From Harriotta raleighana (Eukaryota), in the NCBI GenBank assembly GCA_050575255.1, contig JBNZDD010013721.1:9574566-9638565 (forward strand): 64,000 nucleotides of DNA, in the 5' to 3' direction. Positions 37,956 through 50,750 of this stretch are shown in pieces. The notes beneath the pieces were generated by a model that worked only from the letters and a program-made list of their open reading frames with translations, was not told the origin of the DNA and did not search any database. The position numbers and the translations under genes were made by a program. Within the stretch, counting starts at the first letter, position 1, and every line of letters starts with the position of its first letter.

Positions 37956-38518
37956 AGATGAGGAGTTAATGCCAAGGTTAAGAGGGACAACAAATTGACC
38001 CATATCATTTCTGACTATCTATCTTTAAATTGCTTATAAAGATATGACAAAGTGGTTGAGTCAAGCACACTTCCAGAGGAACCCTAAGTGGAGCTGCTCA
38101 GAAGAAAGATGTTCATTTATCAGTACCTAAGCTTTCTATCCTTCAAGGAAGTCACATATCAAATTTGGCAGCTCACTAGATAAACTCCAAGACGTCAGCA
38201 TCTCATCAATGACAGCATGCTATACAGTCTATCATTGCATTAAAAATAATGATGACTAGGACTACTGCTTCACAACATGTGTTGAGAGAATCACTTTCTA
38301 TGTATTTGGTCCAAGAGATTGAGTGAGTATCTCAACTTGACAAATTCACTCCAATTCCAAATGTTCCAATCTTGTTATGCGGCAATGAATGAATTCAGCT
38401 GAATGTGCACTCTGGAGTGGGTCAAAATAACAAGGAAGGGAGGTTTTAATTGTCCAGTCGAGTGAAATTGATAGGAATAAGAAACATATAAGGCGAGACA
38501 GAGCCTTTATTATATTGT

Positions 38519-38861
38519 GGAGTCCTGCCTCACAAGCAAGAAATCTGGGTTCTGTTCCTGGCAAGGCAAAATGTTGGGCAAGCTTCCTTACTCCACATTA
38601 TTCTGTTTACCTAATAGTAAATAGGAACCCGGTTGTTAGTGAATTGGCAGATCACTTTTCCTGGGATAATAATCCTTAAATAAAAAAAAAAAATTGGTCA
38701 CTATTTGTGGGACACTGCTGTGCGCAATTGGTTGCCATGTTTCACCCACAAATATACAATTAATTCACTTTACAGTATATTCTGTGAAGCGCTTAGAGAC
38801 GTCCAGCAGATGTGAAAAGCACTACAGCATATCAAATGCAAGAATTATGATGGTTGTTATT
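38519..38861 (+). mobile_element. tRNA-derived SINE, long central variant, A box deleted
   Basis: ctgggttc B-box remnant, ttgggcaagcttccttactccac, extra segment ctgtttacctaatagtaaataggaacccggttgttagt, and the standard tail. Confidence 0.9.
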
Positions 38862-40014
38862 ATGTAGCCTTGAGAATGGGATTAGGGAATAATTGTCAGG
38901 CATAAGAAAGTAGCCCCAAATTGGAGATATTACTCCAGGGCTTTTAAAGTGAAAGAAGCGACCTTGATGGGGTGAATGTGCTTCTCCCTTTCCATGGTTT
39001 CTTATATGTTTGAATCACAAATATATTTAGTATGGGAAATACTCAAGTCCAATGTCCATAGTTGACATGACTGTTCAACAAGACTGTTTAATACTCTGCT
39101 GTCATTTTGTGGTGCATGATTTACGTGATGTATTGCATAATTCAGGAAGTCTCAAAAAATGTTCCCTGCTCAGAAATAATTCAATGCAAAAGAAACCATT
39201 GGTATTCTCTTCACAAGTCATACAATTCATCATAAAGTCAAAGAACAGAAGTCAACCATTTAGCAAAGGTCATTTTGACAACTCGTCATTCATTCTCTGG
39301 ACAAATACTTATTTAGAAAACAAATCTTGCATCACTAATGCATGGGACCATGGAATAGTTGTCTTTACGTGTGTAGAAATAAAGGAAGCCAGCCCTAATT
39401 CAGCGTGCTATGTGAACAGAAGAAGTTACTTACCACATCNTCGTTACATGTGTAGAAATAAAGGAAGCCAGCCCTAATTCAGCGTGCTATGTGAACAGAA
39501 GAAGTTACTTACCACATCAACAAAATGCATTTGTATCACACCCTTCACATTATGAAGATATGCCAAAGCAGTGAACAGTCAGGAATTTGGACTCGAGCAG
39601 GTGTTGGGATCAAGACAGGAGAAGGCCAGGGAGAGTAAGGGTAGGAGGGTGGCAAAAGGTACGGTCGAAGATACCATCTTGAGAGATACCATCCAGATTG
39701 TACATTACTACGCATATCCTTTTGGTAAGTCACTACCAGCAGTAACACAACTCTTTACAATCAATACAGTCAGACAAGATTTCAAGCCGAATGTTGAGTA
39801 AAACATCACCTGTTGCAATTATACTGTATGGGGAAAGAAACTCTGACTTAAAGGTAATGTTTTTCATATTGAGGACCTCTGAAATTCAGTTGTGATGTTT
39901 AGGACTGAATGTAGGGTGAGTTAAACACAAGTCCAGACATTTGAGGCCCATGAGTTCAGAGTGGTCTGTTGTGAGTAAGTGTGGTATTCACGTAGGTCTC
40001 CATTGCTGGGTGAA

Positions 40015-40365
40015 TAGAAAGAGAATTGTTTTACAAAGGATTTCGAAGCCAAGAACAAACCACTGGGCCTCGACTGAACATCAGTGGATTTATCGGTTTC
40101 ATCTCACCAGTGATGCACTCGCCAACATCTGTCACATGCTGAATGATTACCTGGGTTCGTGTTTCTAGATATGGGCAGCATTACCCATGTGTCAGAGTGA
40201 AGATAACTGGAAATATGCTATTTTTACGCTACAAACCTGTTCCAGACACCAGGCAAGAAGTACACAGGCATTGCAGTGTCTGCAATGTCAACTCCTACAC
40301 AACAGGTGACAGATGCTTTCAGCATGGAAATTGGAAGCCTTTTCAGATTTTTCAAATTCCTAAGC
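40015..40365 (+). pseudogene. Decayed Harbinger/PIF transposase N-terminal fragment (HARBI1-like)
   Basis: Across frameshifts: QRISKPRTNHWASTEHQWIYRFHLTSDALANICHML / AALP / VKIT / FYATNLFQTPGKKYTGIAVSAMSTPTQQVTDAF (from 40222). This is collinear with HARBI1-type [33 protein letters not shown]. Confidence 0.75.
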
Positions 40366-40482
40366 TCAGCGATCTACCACCAAAGCAACACTTTATGTGA
40401 TACTTGGCTTATTGTGGGTCCAAGAAACGGTAGTCTTTGCACACGTAGAAATAAAGGTAACAGAGACAAATAAGTTTCCTTG

Positions 40483-40760
40483 CTCCAACACACCTTTGTT
40501 TCCCGAGCAGTAAATAACAACCTGGTTGTTAGTTGATTGGCAGTTTGTCTTCCGGGGATAATGATCCCTCCTCAAAAACACAATAAGAATTTGGTCATTC
40601 AATCCAAGAGTGTTTGTGGGACACTGCTGTGTGCAATTGGATGCCGCATTTTGTCCATAAAATACACAATCAACTACACTTTATGTTATATATAAACATT
40701 ATTTCCGTGAATCTCTTTGAGACATGTCAAAGTTCTCATAAGATGCGAACAATTATGATC
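40483..40760 (+). mobile_element. tRNA-derived SINE, long variant, 5'-truncated
   Basis: agcagtaaataacaacctggttgttagttgattgg then tgtttgtgggacactgctgtgtgcaattgg. Confidence 0.85.
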
Positions 40761-42059
40761 AACTATAATTTAAGATCACTGTATTCTCAGTTGCCTTGCG
40801 TTTTGTATTATTGGAATTGAATATGGGAAACTGGAAGGAAATGTTTGGATATGACATATTAAGAATAAAAAAAGTCAACCGATGATATAAGGTACGATTT
40901 CAACATAAGATCTCATTAATGGGCACAAACTTTCAAAAGCTGACTGTCTTGGTTGTGTAAGCAACAGGTTTATACAGAACGACCCCAGTTTCTACCAGTA
41001 TACAGGGAGTACCTTGATGCGTTCAAGGAAGTTGAGGTCAAACGGCTTCAGGCTGAGGAAGTTGAACGTAATTGTTGGCAATTTTTGTTGTTTACCTCAA
41101 CGTAATGTCAAATTTTTATTGTGCCCATCTTCTGCTGAAAAAGAAACTGAATTTAACAAACAGGTTGCATGAATTGCAAATGAAGAGTAAGCAAGCAGAA
41201 CTGAGCAGTGCAACTGTGGGATTTATCTGTTCATGGGTGAAGGGGACTCTTGTGGGGACAGCTCACTTGCATTACCAGTAAAACCAAATTGTACTGTCAA
41301 AGTGCTCGAGATTGCTAGCCTGCACGAGGGATGCTGTATAAATGCTAGCTGTTGTTGCTGTTGCTATACTTAAAGGAATAGAGTCTTTATGAGAAAATAA
41401 AAGTGCCAGTAATCCTCTTTGTCTATTGAGAGAGAGTGAAAAAAAGCCATGTGCCCTCACATGTGTGCAAGTGCTTAATGTTGGATTTGGATTTATTTTA
41501 TTGCATGATCATTACCATTGCATTATATCTGGCCTTTTTGACTGGGGACTTTTTTCCACAATGCCTGTGCCCTTTAAAGCAAGAAAAAATATTCTGGAAC
41601 GCCTTGAAAGAAACGATTGAATTCCTGTGGCAGGAGATTTCAAGTTCTGATACAACTCAAAATAACCATAGTCCCAGGCACGGAGGGAAAAACCTAACCC
41701 ATAGAATTTTGTCAGTTTACTTGCACTATGAAATAGCGGAGAAGATCTAGATTCACTCAACTCCATCTGCTTTCATTTTCCTCGACAGTTGTAGGCTGAT
41801 CAAGAATAAACAGGAAACTGTTTCCCCTGAAAAAGCAAAGACATAAATCATTCCTGACTGCCAGCAAGCTCTGTCAACCAGCAACGTTCTACCTGCACTC
41901 CCAGTCTCCGCTGCACTCTTCAGTTTTTCATGTCATGGATGAGAACAAAGGAATCGTGCCAAAATCTGTTCCCCGAAGGACTGTGTAATTATTGCATTTC
42001 ATTGCAAACCAGGCAAAAGTGGAACAAAGGAAACCAACAATGTGCCCAGCTACTGACAG

Positions 42060-42755
42060 GGGTCGGTGTCACTGCAGAAGCAACTTTTCAGTTCAGCACT
42101 GAACATCCCGCAATTCATTGCGCAGTGACCCACATGATGGCACTCCGTTGCTCGTCGATGCATTCTGGGTTTCGTCGGCTCCTGCCTGCTGGCTTCAAAA
42201 GATTTTGGAGCCTGTTTGAGCTGGCCGCGAGTGGAGGAAATCCCCTTCAACCGGAGCAGAAGCAGAACCGTCCTGGAGTTAAGCACCCCGAAGCCGGATG
42301 GCCAGAGTACAAGAAGACCAGAGGATTCGAACAATCATTGCATTTCTTTTGAGCGATCGACAAGCTTAGCACTGATGCATGACTGCTCCAATTTTAAACT
42401 TAGGGTTTATTATTTATATCTTGCATTAGATTTTTTCAGCCATACGCAGTGTTTTGATTTCTAACTCTGCCATGGTTTAATATCGGGACGTATCCATGAT
42501 TAAGATATAAGATCAAATTTCATTGTAAATGTCACCTATTTATGCCCATAAATTATGCTCTGTATAAAATTGTACACATGAATCGATTAACATGCATTAT
42601 TAGTCTTGATTAGTCTTGAGTTTATTCGAACATTGGGTCCATGAGTTGTTCAGGTAATGTGTAAGATAGTTGGATCTAATCACATTTTGTTATTGCGTCA
42701 ACAACATGTCGTTCGTGCTTTTAATCTATTTCATTGTATACGTTTCATAAATAAA
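42060..42755. promoter_or_regulatory. CpG-retaining island (candidate promoter, enhancer or exon)
   Basis: 17 CpGs counted in 42061-42360 against a CpG-poor background. Sox-type sites at 41944, 42023 and 42036; AATAAA at 42750. Confidence 0.4.
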
Positions 42756-43225
42756 ATAGGACATTTAAGTATTATGTAGATAGGCAGTCTAGTATGTTTT
42801 ATTGATCAGCTTGGAGCTCAGTGCCGTGCACTGGTTGAGGTGCTGTCACTGAAATTGTCTGTGTATAGACTGCATCATCGAACAGTGATCAAGTGGAAGC
42901 CAAGATTTAAAGGACTTTTAAACTACAGGGGATGAAATGAAAGAGACTTCATGGTTCCTTGCAACCAGGAGGGAGTCTCCCCACTCCGCCAATGTGGGAG
43001 GCAGATGAAAATGGTTTGGTTTACATGGACCTAGAGACGAGGACATGGCAGAAAGAACTGAATTCACTTGTTCCTTGTTCCCAGTTTTGTGCATCTAAGG
43101 CAGGCCTGTCCTTTGTAAGGCTGAGATTTCTGTGAGCTGTTGGATTGACTTGAGCCATCTCTTTTGGACATTTTGGTGATGATTTAAGTTTGTTTGATGT
43201 GGGGGAACAGATGGCTAGGTGGGTG

Positions 43226-43381
43226 CAGTGAGTCCCACTTGCTAAAACACTTGAGCCACTGTCTCACGGTGCAGCTGTTGGCATTCCATGCGATGAAAAT
43301 AATCCTGTGAAAAATTTATCCGATGCCTACGAGCTCCAAATCAAGGGGATAAAGCATTTCCGTCTCACTGAAATGCAATTT
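43226..43381 (-). pseudogene. Myb/SANT-like (Harbinger second-ORF/NAIF1-type) remnant
   Basis: One minus frame with one stop: KLHFSETEMLYPLDLELVGIG*IFHRIIFIAWNANSCTVRQWLKCFSKWDSL, fitting the pattern FSxxE...NAxxxxxRxWxxCxxKWxxL. Confidence 0.5.
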
Positions 43382-43887
43382 ATACAGAAGATCAGTGGTG
43401 CACCATAAAATTCTAGTTGCCATCAATTGTTTTAGATCATCATTTCAGTCCAGAATAACTGAAGGTGTTTTCTGCCTTCCTCCTGTTTCCTCGTAGCTTA
43501 GCTGCTATACATTAAAAGACAGCCACTTGCTCTCAGACAATGGAGCCAGTGTAAGCATCGTTTAATTATCTCCAAGTATACAGTAAGATTTAATATAGTA
43601 TACCCTCACATTCCCTACTACATCAGAATCTCGAATAATACGTACAAACCTCACAAATTAACCTTGTAACATCATGCTATTTTATATGCAATGCTATCTC
43701 CCTTTATTTGCTTTTGTCACGGGGCTCTGTCTCACCTTATTTGCTTTTATCACTATGTGATGCGAGTGCTGAAGATTCTTAATGAGCCAAGCAATCACGT
43801 GTGCATAATTCCCTCTCAGTATAAACAGCTCAGCAGGGGACTCTGAACACTGCAGTCACAGGATAAAAACAGTGGGATTTTGAAACA

Positions 43888-43957
43888 ATCACAACAACAA
43901 CAACAAAATGACACTTGTATTGCGCCTTACACATCAGGAGAACGTCCCAAGGCGCTG
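43888..43957 (-). mobile_element. L2 3' terminus with (AAC)n tail
   Basis: caacaacaacaacaaaatgacacttgtattgcgccttacacatcaggagaacgtcccaaggcgctg. Confidence 0.8.
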
Positions 43958-44379
43958 AAACATCCCCAAAGTTTCAATTGTTCAACATCTAAACCTGGCG
44001 AATTTTGCAAACTACAACACTCATCGACAACCGCTCTCAGAAATTCTACACATAACAACGCTTTCTTTATTTTGTTGTTATGGGGTATGCAATGTACTTT
44101 CAGAACCTCCCATTGAAGCCACGATTTGGGGAGAAATGATACTCGGCTCTAGATTTATTCTAATTGTGTTGCATTTCCGAGCAACCAGAATTTGGCAACT
44201 TGTTGAATTGGGTCTTCACTTTTAATGTGGATTTTCTGTACAGTACTCGATAAAAGATGGCAACTAAAAGAACTTAGAGAGAAAACCATTTCCCACCAAA
44301 GACTATTTAAGAATTCACTGAATTCTGGATGCGATGAGTTGCAGCATAAATTGAGTAGATCAAGAGCTAGGTGGATTTA

Positions 44380-44560
44380 TTACAGAATCCATATTGGCTT
44401 TCAAAAGGGTACGAGATGGAATCTGCCATATTTTGAAAATGAATCAGTTACAGGGTATGCAAAAAAGGCAGATAAATTGGGACTAAAAGGATTGCTCTTT
44501 AAAACAGCCCGTACAGATATAATGGGCTGATCAACTTCTTCTTTGGTTCTATACAGATCA
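44380..44560 (+). mobile_element. CR1 3' fragment
   Basis: ggctttcaaaaggg...ttacagggtatg...gggactaa...ggattgctctt...acagatataatgggctga, a typical CR1 3' UTR. Confidence 0.65.
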
Positions 44561-44684
44561 GCAACATGAAAGTTACACCACATCAGTCACACTTAAAATG
44601 TATATTTATCTAAAAAAAACTGCATATATCTGAATACAGATTCCAGTCTAAAGTTACACTCCAATACAGTTGGCCTAGGGTAAA

Positions 44685-44800
44685 TAATAATAATCATCCA
44701 GGCATTTGATATAGCACCTTATCACATCTTCAAGACATTTCAAAGCACTTCACAGAATGTACTGTAAAGTGAATTGACTGTATGTTTTATGGATGAAACT
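44685..44800 (-). mobile_element. SINE 3' tail
   Basis: gcatttgatatagcacctt...cttcacagaatgtactgtaaagtgaattgactgtat. Confidence 0.88.
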
Positions 44801-45677
44801 GAAAAGAGTCATACACTACTGTTTACAGTTTACTCTTGGCCAATATTTTCGGTTCAAGTCCAATTCACGTCTGACTAACTCTGGGTGATTGTTGTTTAAC
44901 GATTTCAGTTATCTAAATCTTACTAACAGACCTGCATGTGGTATATTTAGTGCCTGTGTCTGTTCTTCACACTTCAAAGCATACCTGCGATTTCTTGCTA
45001 TCTTCCCGCCTTTGGATGTCTGCCCAAAACAATATTGTGACTGCCCAGGACTCTATTTTGTTTGTGGCTCAATGCTATGCACAAAATGGCTGAAGCCTAG
45101 AAAATATAGTCACTAAACTTTACAGTAAAACGCGAAGCTTTCTTCTAACATTCAAAAGTGTGCGATCAAATGCAAGGATTTTTTAAATCAACTGTGCTTC
45201 AAAATACCCACCTCTGCACATGACAGGGCTCTTGAGATGGGCCTTTTCTAAGACAACAAAAGCAAGTGATGCCATTTCTTTTTGTCTTCTACAGTAAGAG
45301 ATGTTGAGGGAGTAAATTGGCCTGTCAACCTCTGAGGATTGTGAGAGGATGTTTATTCTGCATCTGAAAGAACTTCTGTGGGTTTGATCTGTCTGCTTAT
45401 TAAATAATAGGTTTCAGGGATTTTAGCCAAAGGTTAGTGCATATTTTATTGATCTAGTAGTTCTTTCTCTGACTCATACAACCACGTAACATAATCTTGA
45501 ATTTGATTTACTACTAATGTATCTGACTTTTCATTCCTGAGAGTGCATACATTAAAATGACTATTTAGCGATTTTGCGTCACTGAAAAAATATAGATGTG
45601 AATACTTACACATTCGTGGGATATGTTACATTGCCTTTATATGACGCACACAAATAGAGAGGACATTGTGTCACCAA

Positions 45678-45930
45678 GATAATAATCATCCTTGCATTTG
45701 TTAAAACATCATACCGCATCACACAGACATCTCAAAATGCTTCGCGGAATCTGCCAATAAGTGTAGTGATTGTGTATTTTGAAGGCAAACACAGGAGTCA
45801 ATTTGCACACAGCAATGCACCACAAACAACCATGAAATAAATGACTAATTTTATCTGGGGGTTATTGGTCAGAGCATTGTGTGAAACACCCATCCCTTAA
45901 GTACAGCCAGGGAATTCTTAACATTCATCA
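45678..45930 (-). mobile_element. Older SINE (Deu-type) 3' portion
   Basis: atccttgcattt...caatttgcacacagcaatgcaccacaaaca...gggaattcttaacattca. Confidence 0.65.
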
Positions 45931-45983
45931 CAAAGATGAAGGAATAGGTTTCCCTGAAACACAATTCAGGCATTTGTGTATGA

Positions 45984-46270
45984 TCAATCAATCAATCAAA
46001 ATTACATTTATATAGCTCTTTCACGTCGGGAGGACGTCCCAAGGCGCTGTACAGTCAAGTAAGAATCAGAGCAGGTGGGAGAGGGGTCGGGGGAAGGAAA
46101 GTAGGATAAATTGACTGTATATTTGTGGGCAAAAACGCACAGCAGCATCCCACAAACAGTCATGGAAGTGGGATTAGGGGAGAAAGGGGGGAAAGATGGC
46201 AAGGCGAGGGGTCGGGGTAGGAGGAAGAAGAACAGGTAAAACCGATTCTATATTTGTGGGCGAAATACAC
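45984..46270 (-). mobile_element. L2 3' terminus with (CAAT)n tail and a duplicated G-rich/SINE-like segment
   Basis: Tail at 45984-46049; gaggggtcgggg...tatatttgtgggc occurs twice (~46080 and ~46205). Confidence 0.75.
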
Positions 46271-46412
46271 AATGAAACATGACTATGTGACACTTTGAAT
46301 TAATCTTGTGGTGACCATAGCATAATCACAACCTAAAGTCAATGGAAATTCATGCATGGAATCTTCATGTATAACTCCATAGCCTCACTAATTGGTATAT
46401 CACAGAATTCGT

Positions 46413-46592
46413 CAGCGCTTTGCGACATCCTCCCGACGTGAAAGGCGCTCTACAAATGTAATTTGCTTGTTGTTGTTGTTGTTGTTGTTCTTGTGGTTGA
46501 TATACTGTCCAAAATACTGTCTGTCCAGTGCCTTGGGACATCCTCCCAACATGAAAGGAGCTATACAAATGTAATGTTGTTGTTCTTGTTGA
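46413..46592 (+). mobile_element. Two tandem L2 3' termini with (TTG)n tails
   Basis: cagcgctttgcgacatcctcccgacgtgaaaggcgctctacaaatgtaatt and cagtgccttgggacatcctcccaacatgaaaggagctatacaaatgtaat. Confidence 0.85.
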
Positions 46593-48499
46593 TGTGCATG
46601 GCAAATGGGAGAAGTGGAGAAAATTACCCAATTGTGACGAAATTGCATTTAACCTGGGTAGCAGACAGATTTCAGTTGTGATGCATGTGGAGTACAATCT
46701 ATCTTGTACTGAACTAGATTAATAAAATAGGATGTTCACACAGAGTTAATTCCAGAGGGACAATCATCACAGACATCCACGCCACACGGCATACATGATG
46801 GAATATTTTATAAATATTGTCTTTGAGTCTCACGTTTTATTGCTGCAGAGGCAGGCTGTTATACTTAGAGACATTCACAACCCTATTTTAATAGGTGTTG
46901 TGTGAAGCGAGCTCGGGCCAGAAATGTTTATAATGATGATCTGAAATTGAGTTATCTAATGTACGCCAGTCCTGGTTAAAAATCAAGGCAGCCACAGTCA
47001 CAGCTGTCTATTGCGAGAAAACATTTGATATCACTTAGATATAGGATTCAATACTCTCTGAAAAGCCAACTTTGCTCAAATGAGATTTGGTCATTTGCCC
47101 CAGTTGCAGTCAGAAAATTAATGAATTTCAGCATTTTTTTTCTTCCTTTGCACAACTCGCACTAAAGTAATTCATCGAACATATCCCCCCCCAAAATCAC
47201 AAACCACTGACTCCAGACCAGCATCTCTGTGCAGTGCTGATTCCAGAGCTGTGACATTTCCCCCTTGTTTGCTACGTGTGATTTAGGCCTTAAACCCACC
47301 AATATTTACCCCTAGCCAAATCTGCGTAGGCATTGATTCGATTTGGCACCGTGATAGAGAGCTCCCTGCATTAATCTCTCGAACAGTGGAGATCAAAAAA
47401 AGTTGATTGGTATAATTTACATTCGAGAAATATAGAGCAAAATTAAGTTAGTACTGTAATTAGCAGTGAGAACGTGATTCTGTGGCCACAAACAATAGCT
47501 TATGTTCATCAGGAATAGTATATGTGATGTGTGCAAAGCATAATTACACATAGGGTGGGTGGTGCATACTGTCATTCATTTCTAGAGGAATGCTAGCTTT
47601 GTTGTCCATCCTGTGACCTTGTATTATTATATATAAATGGTCAGTGTTACTGTTTACTTGAAATATTTAGGTGGCTAATACATATATTTTGCAGGAAATA
47701 CATTTAAATCAGGTTATTAATATTAAATCCAATGTGTTACATTGAGAGGAATCACTGTTTTGTCCCACAGTACAATGATGTATAAATACTAGCAATTCAA
47801 TTCATCCTATTATCTGTTTTAATATTTATATAGAATATACTAGCCATTCAATTTCTCTGTAATCTACTGCAGTGTATTTCTCTAAACCTGCAGTAATGAT
47901 GCTACAAATGCCTCTTATACCCTTCCATGAATGTCAGCTTGCATTACCATCAGCTGTCAGTTTATCACTGAGACACCCCCAGGGATGAAAACAGCAATAC
48001 CTCAGAAATTACTTCTTTTTTTTTAAAAAAGAAAATAACCTCAGCCTCTGTCAATCTTGTTTTTATTATATTTATCAATGTGAGACTTATTTGTTTACCC
48101 CCAAAAAACACAGAAAACTCAGCACACTAAATTAAATACATTTCTGAGCGTTGCTTTAGATGTTTATCTAAATCTCCATGCATGGCACTCAGTTTGCAAA
48201 ATGGTCCGATATACATTTTTTTTTAAAATAAGATAAAGGAAAGTGCCATTTTGAGGTTGTAATTTAAGCTTGAAGTCAAGCAGATTAGGAAAAACTGTGA
48301 ATTTTACTTTTGTGGTTTCCTTTGATCTAAGAGCCAATTCTGTTCTGTTTATTATTCTATATGTATACGGGATGTATGTAAGATAGTAATCCACCACTAA
48401 TACTCATCTGCGCTTGAAAGATTAGTTTTTAAACAGACTGGTAAATAGTGCCACTGTTTTGTGTGTCATGGTGATCACCACTACATCCTTACACACTAA

Positions 48500-48607
48500 C
48501 ACCATGTTCAAATACAGTCACTACTGTAAAATCCTGTGAAGCATTTTGAGATGTTCTGCTAACGTGATAAGGTCCATCATCGAAGGCAAGGATTTTCATT
48601 ATTATTA
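48500..48607 (+). mobile_element. SINE 3' tail
   Basis: aaatacagtca...ctgtgaagcattttgagatg...gtgataagg...gcaaggatt. Confidence 0.7.
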
Positions 48608-50399
48608 ACCATAATAGCATAGGCTTATTTAGATCCTTTGACATCCTGCAAAGCTTTCTAAACACTATGTGAAGCCACAAGGGGAATAGGAAGGAGGAGA
48701 GAGATTGTTTGAGGTTGTTGAGCAAAGGCATAAATCACAAGATCACAAGGAAAGTTTCAGGTGAAGAAGACCCTTTTGGTCTATTTGATCTCATGCTTTC
48801 AGAACACCGACCCTACCATATTTTCCTTTAATGATGGCTTCAAATCGAAAATCTTGGGAGCAGAATAGCATCAACTTTGGTCCAGAATTATATCATAAAT
48901 AAATTGGTCACATTTTTTTGGCCATTTTTAATTTCAATATCCTAATTAGATATCTATCGCTAGAAAATCTAATCATAATTTTAGGAGTCAGTCCCGGACT
49001 GCAAAATGAAAGAAAAATATAGGTAATGCAAATGTGTGATATTTTTTTAAAATATTTTAGTCGAGACGTCAGTGATAATAATTGAAACTATCAAGATTTA
49101 CAGCGAAACTGAGGAGCTGGCTGTCAAGGATTGAGTGAAAGACATTCGCTGGGCTTTGGAGGAATTGAATTAAACCAAAGAGTAGGCTAGGTAGAGAGAC
49201 CTTACAGAGAGCAAGTAGCAGCAAGGTTGAAATGTGTTGAGTTGAAAACACACAACTGACTGACACCTCAGAGCTGTGAAATGAAGCAGCTCAGCGAGGG
49301 TGGGAGATGCAGCAATGTCAATGATTGGAGACAAAGGATCTTAGCTCTCTGTGAATCTGTGTGAGTGTGTGTGTATGTGTAAATTACACACAGCAGGATC
49401 CCACAAGCAGTCGTGTGTGGTATGGTTTATGCAAGTCTGCCTGTGTGGTGAGGATGATCAACATGCACCTGAAAATTATGTGGATGTTGCTTCCACACAG
49501 TCTTGTGAGGGAGAGGTTTCCTTCCCATACAGTGACACTGACCCTGGCCACCAATTTCCCAAGATTTTTTTTTAATTGCATCTCAAATTTATCACAATTA
49601 AAGGGTTTTTCTTTACCATTCTCTCTGAAGTAACTGGGTTCAAGTCATACGATAAGATTGAATATTCAAGAGCATTTTCTTTAAATGGGTGTCTGCGTAT
49701 AACAAACCAGTGCTAATCTCCCAAATGCACAATGCGTGATGTAATGTCATGAAATGTCATTTATGTGCCCAGTGTTTTATTCTCTGGGTAGTTTGCTTAC
49801 AGATCAATTCGCCCACTGTGCTATTCCTAGCAATTTCATACCATTTAAAAAATATTCAAACAAAGTGCTTTGAGAAATCTCGATGACACGATAAGGCGTT
49901 ACATTGAATGCAAAGATTATCGTTATTTTTATTGTTATTATTCTGATCCGTTTTTTTTTGCTATTTTAGAAAGAGACCATTGTACTTTTCCCACCACCTG
50001 TGCGATTTCCACAATCCCCTACTCAAAACGCAGACTTGCTCGTAGACTATGAGATCCAATCATTGCAACTCAACTTTTAGAAAAGGAGGATTGACATCTT
50101 TATTATGACATATTCCCATATCCACCAGGTCCACACTGCCAATTCCGAAAATAATTGGCCCTTTAGTTTACTTTTGGGATAAATAACTCCTATAGTTTCA
50201 ATTTGGTGTCAATTATTTCACAACCGCAAAATACAAAGCTGGGTCCATGCAGTCATTACAGAGACCGATTAAGATTTATCCAAGATCCGAGCTGAGGAAG
50301 CGGGTATGAGTTCACCTTGAAGGATATACATTTTCTGCTTGATGGTTACTTTACCTTGACATACCAGTGGCACAAATCTGGACCAATATGGAATATAAT

Positions 50400-50750
50400 T
50401 GTCGTGCATCTATTGCCTCACACCAAAGACACCATTCTTCTTCTGTGAATCTGGCCAGGTGAATGCTGACAAGGTATTCAAACACGGATAACATTTGTGT
50501 GTTTCCACTCGGTGTTATTACATAGACATCCCAGCAGAGGATGATCACTGGTCAGCTATCGGAAGCGATACTTCAGTTGAGTTTTTACACCTCTCTAAAA
50601 CTCATCACACAATGCTAGTAATTGAACACCCACTGTCATCTCCTTTGAGGTCAACTAACTCAGTTCCGACCAAGGAACTAGCCTGGAACCAGCCTGATCT
50701 GTTTAGATTCCTGGTTCACTCAATATTGCATTCATTTGACTGATCCAGTA
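50400..50750 (-). mobile_element. Near full-length AmnSINE2-like relic
   Basis: Minus strand: ctgagttagttgacctca, ccagtgatcatcctctgctgg, tgaatacctt, ttcacagaagaagaatgg, in consensus order and similar to 9505-9770. Confidence 0.6.

Noticed and set aside
39571-39801. 76-aa ORF containing a consensus donor g|gtaagt at ~39724
   Set aside because: No clear acceptor or homology, and its phase is incompatible with the 40968 candidate exon.
50351-50548. Peptide RFTEEEW... superficially Myb-like or exon-like
   Set aside because: Better explained as the 3' part of the AmnSINE2-like relic.
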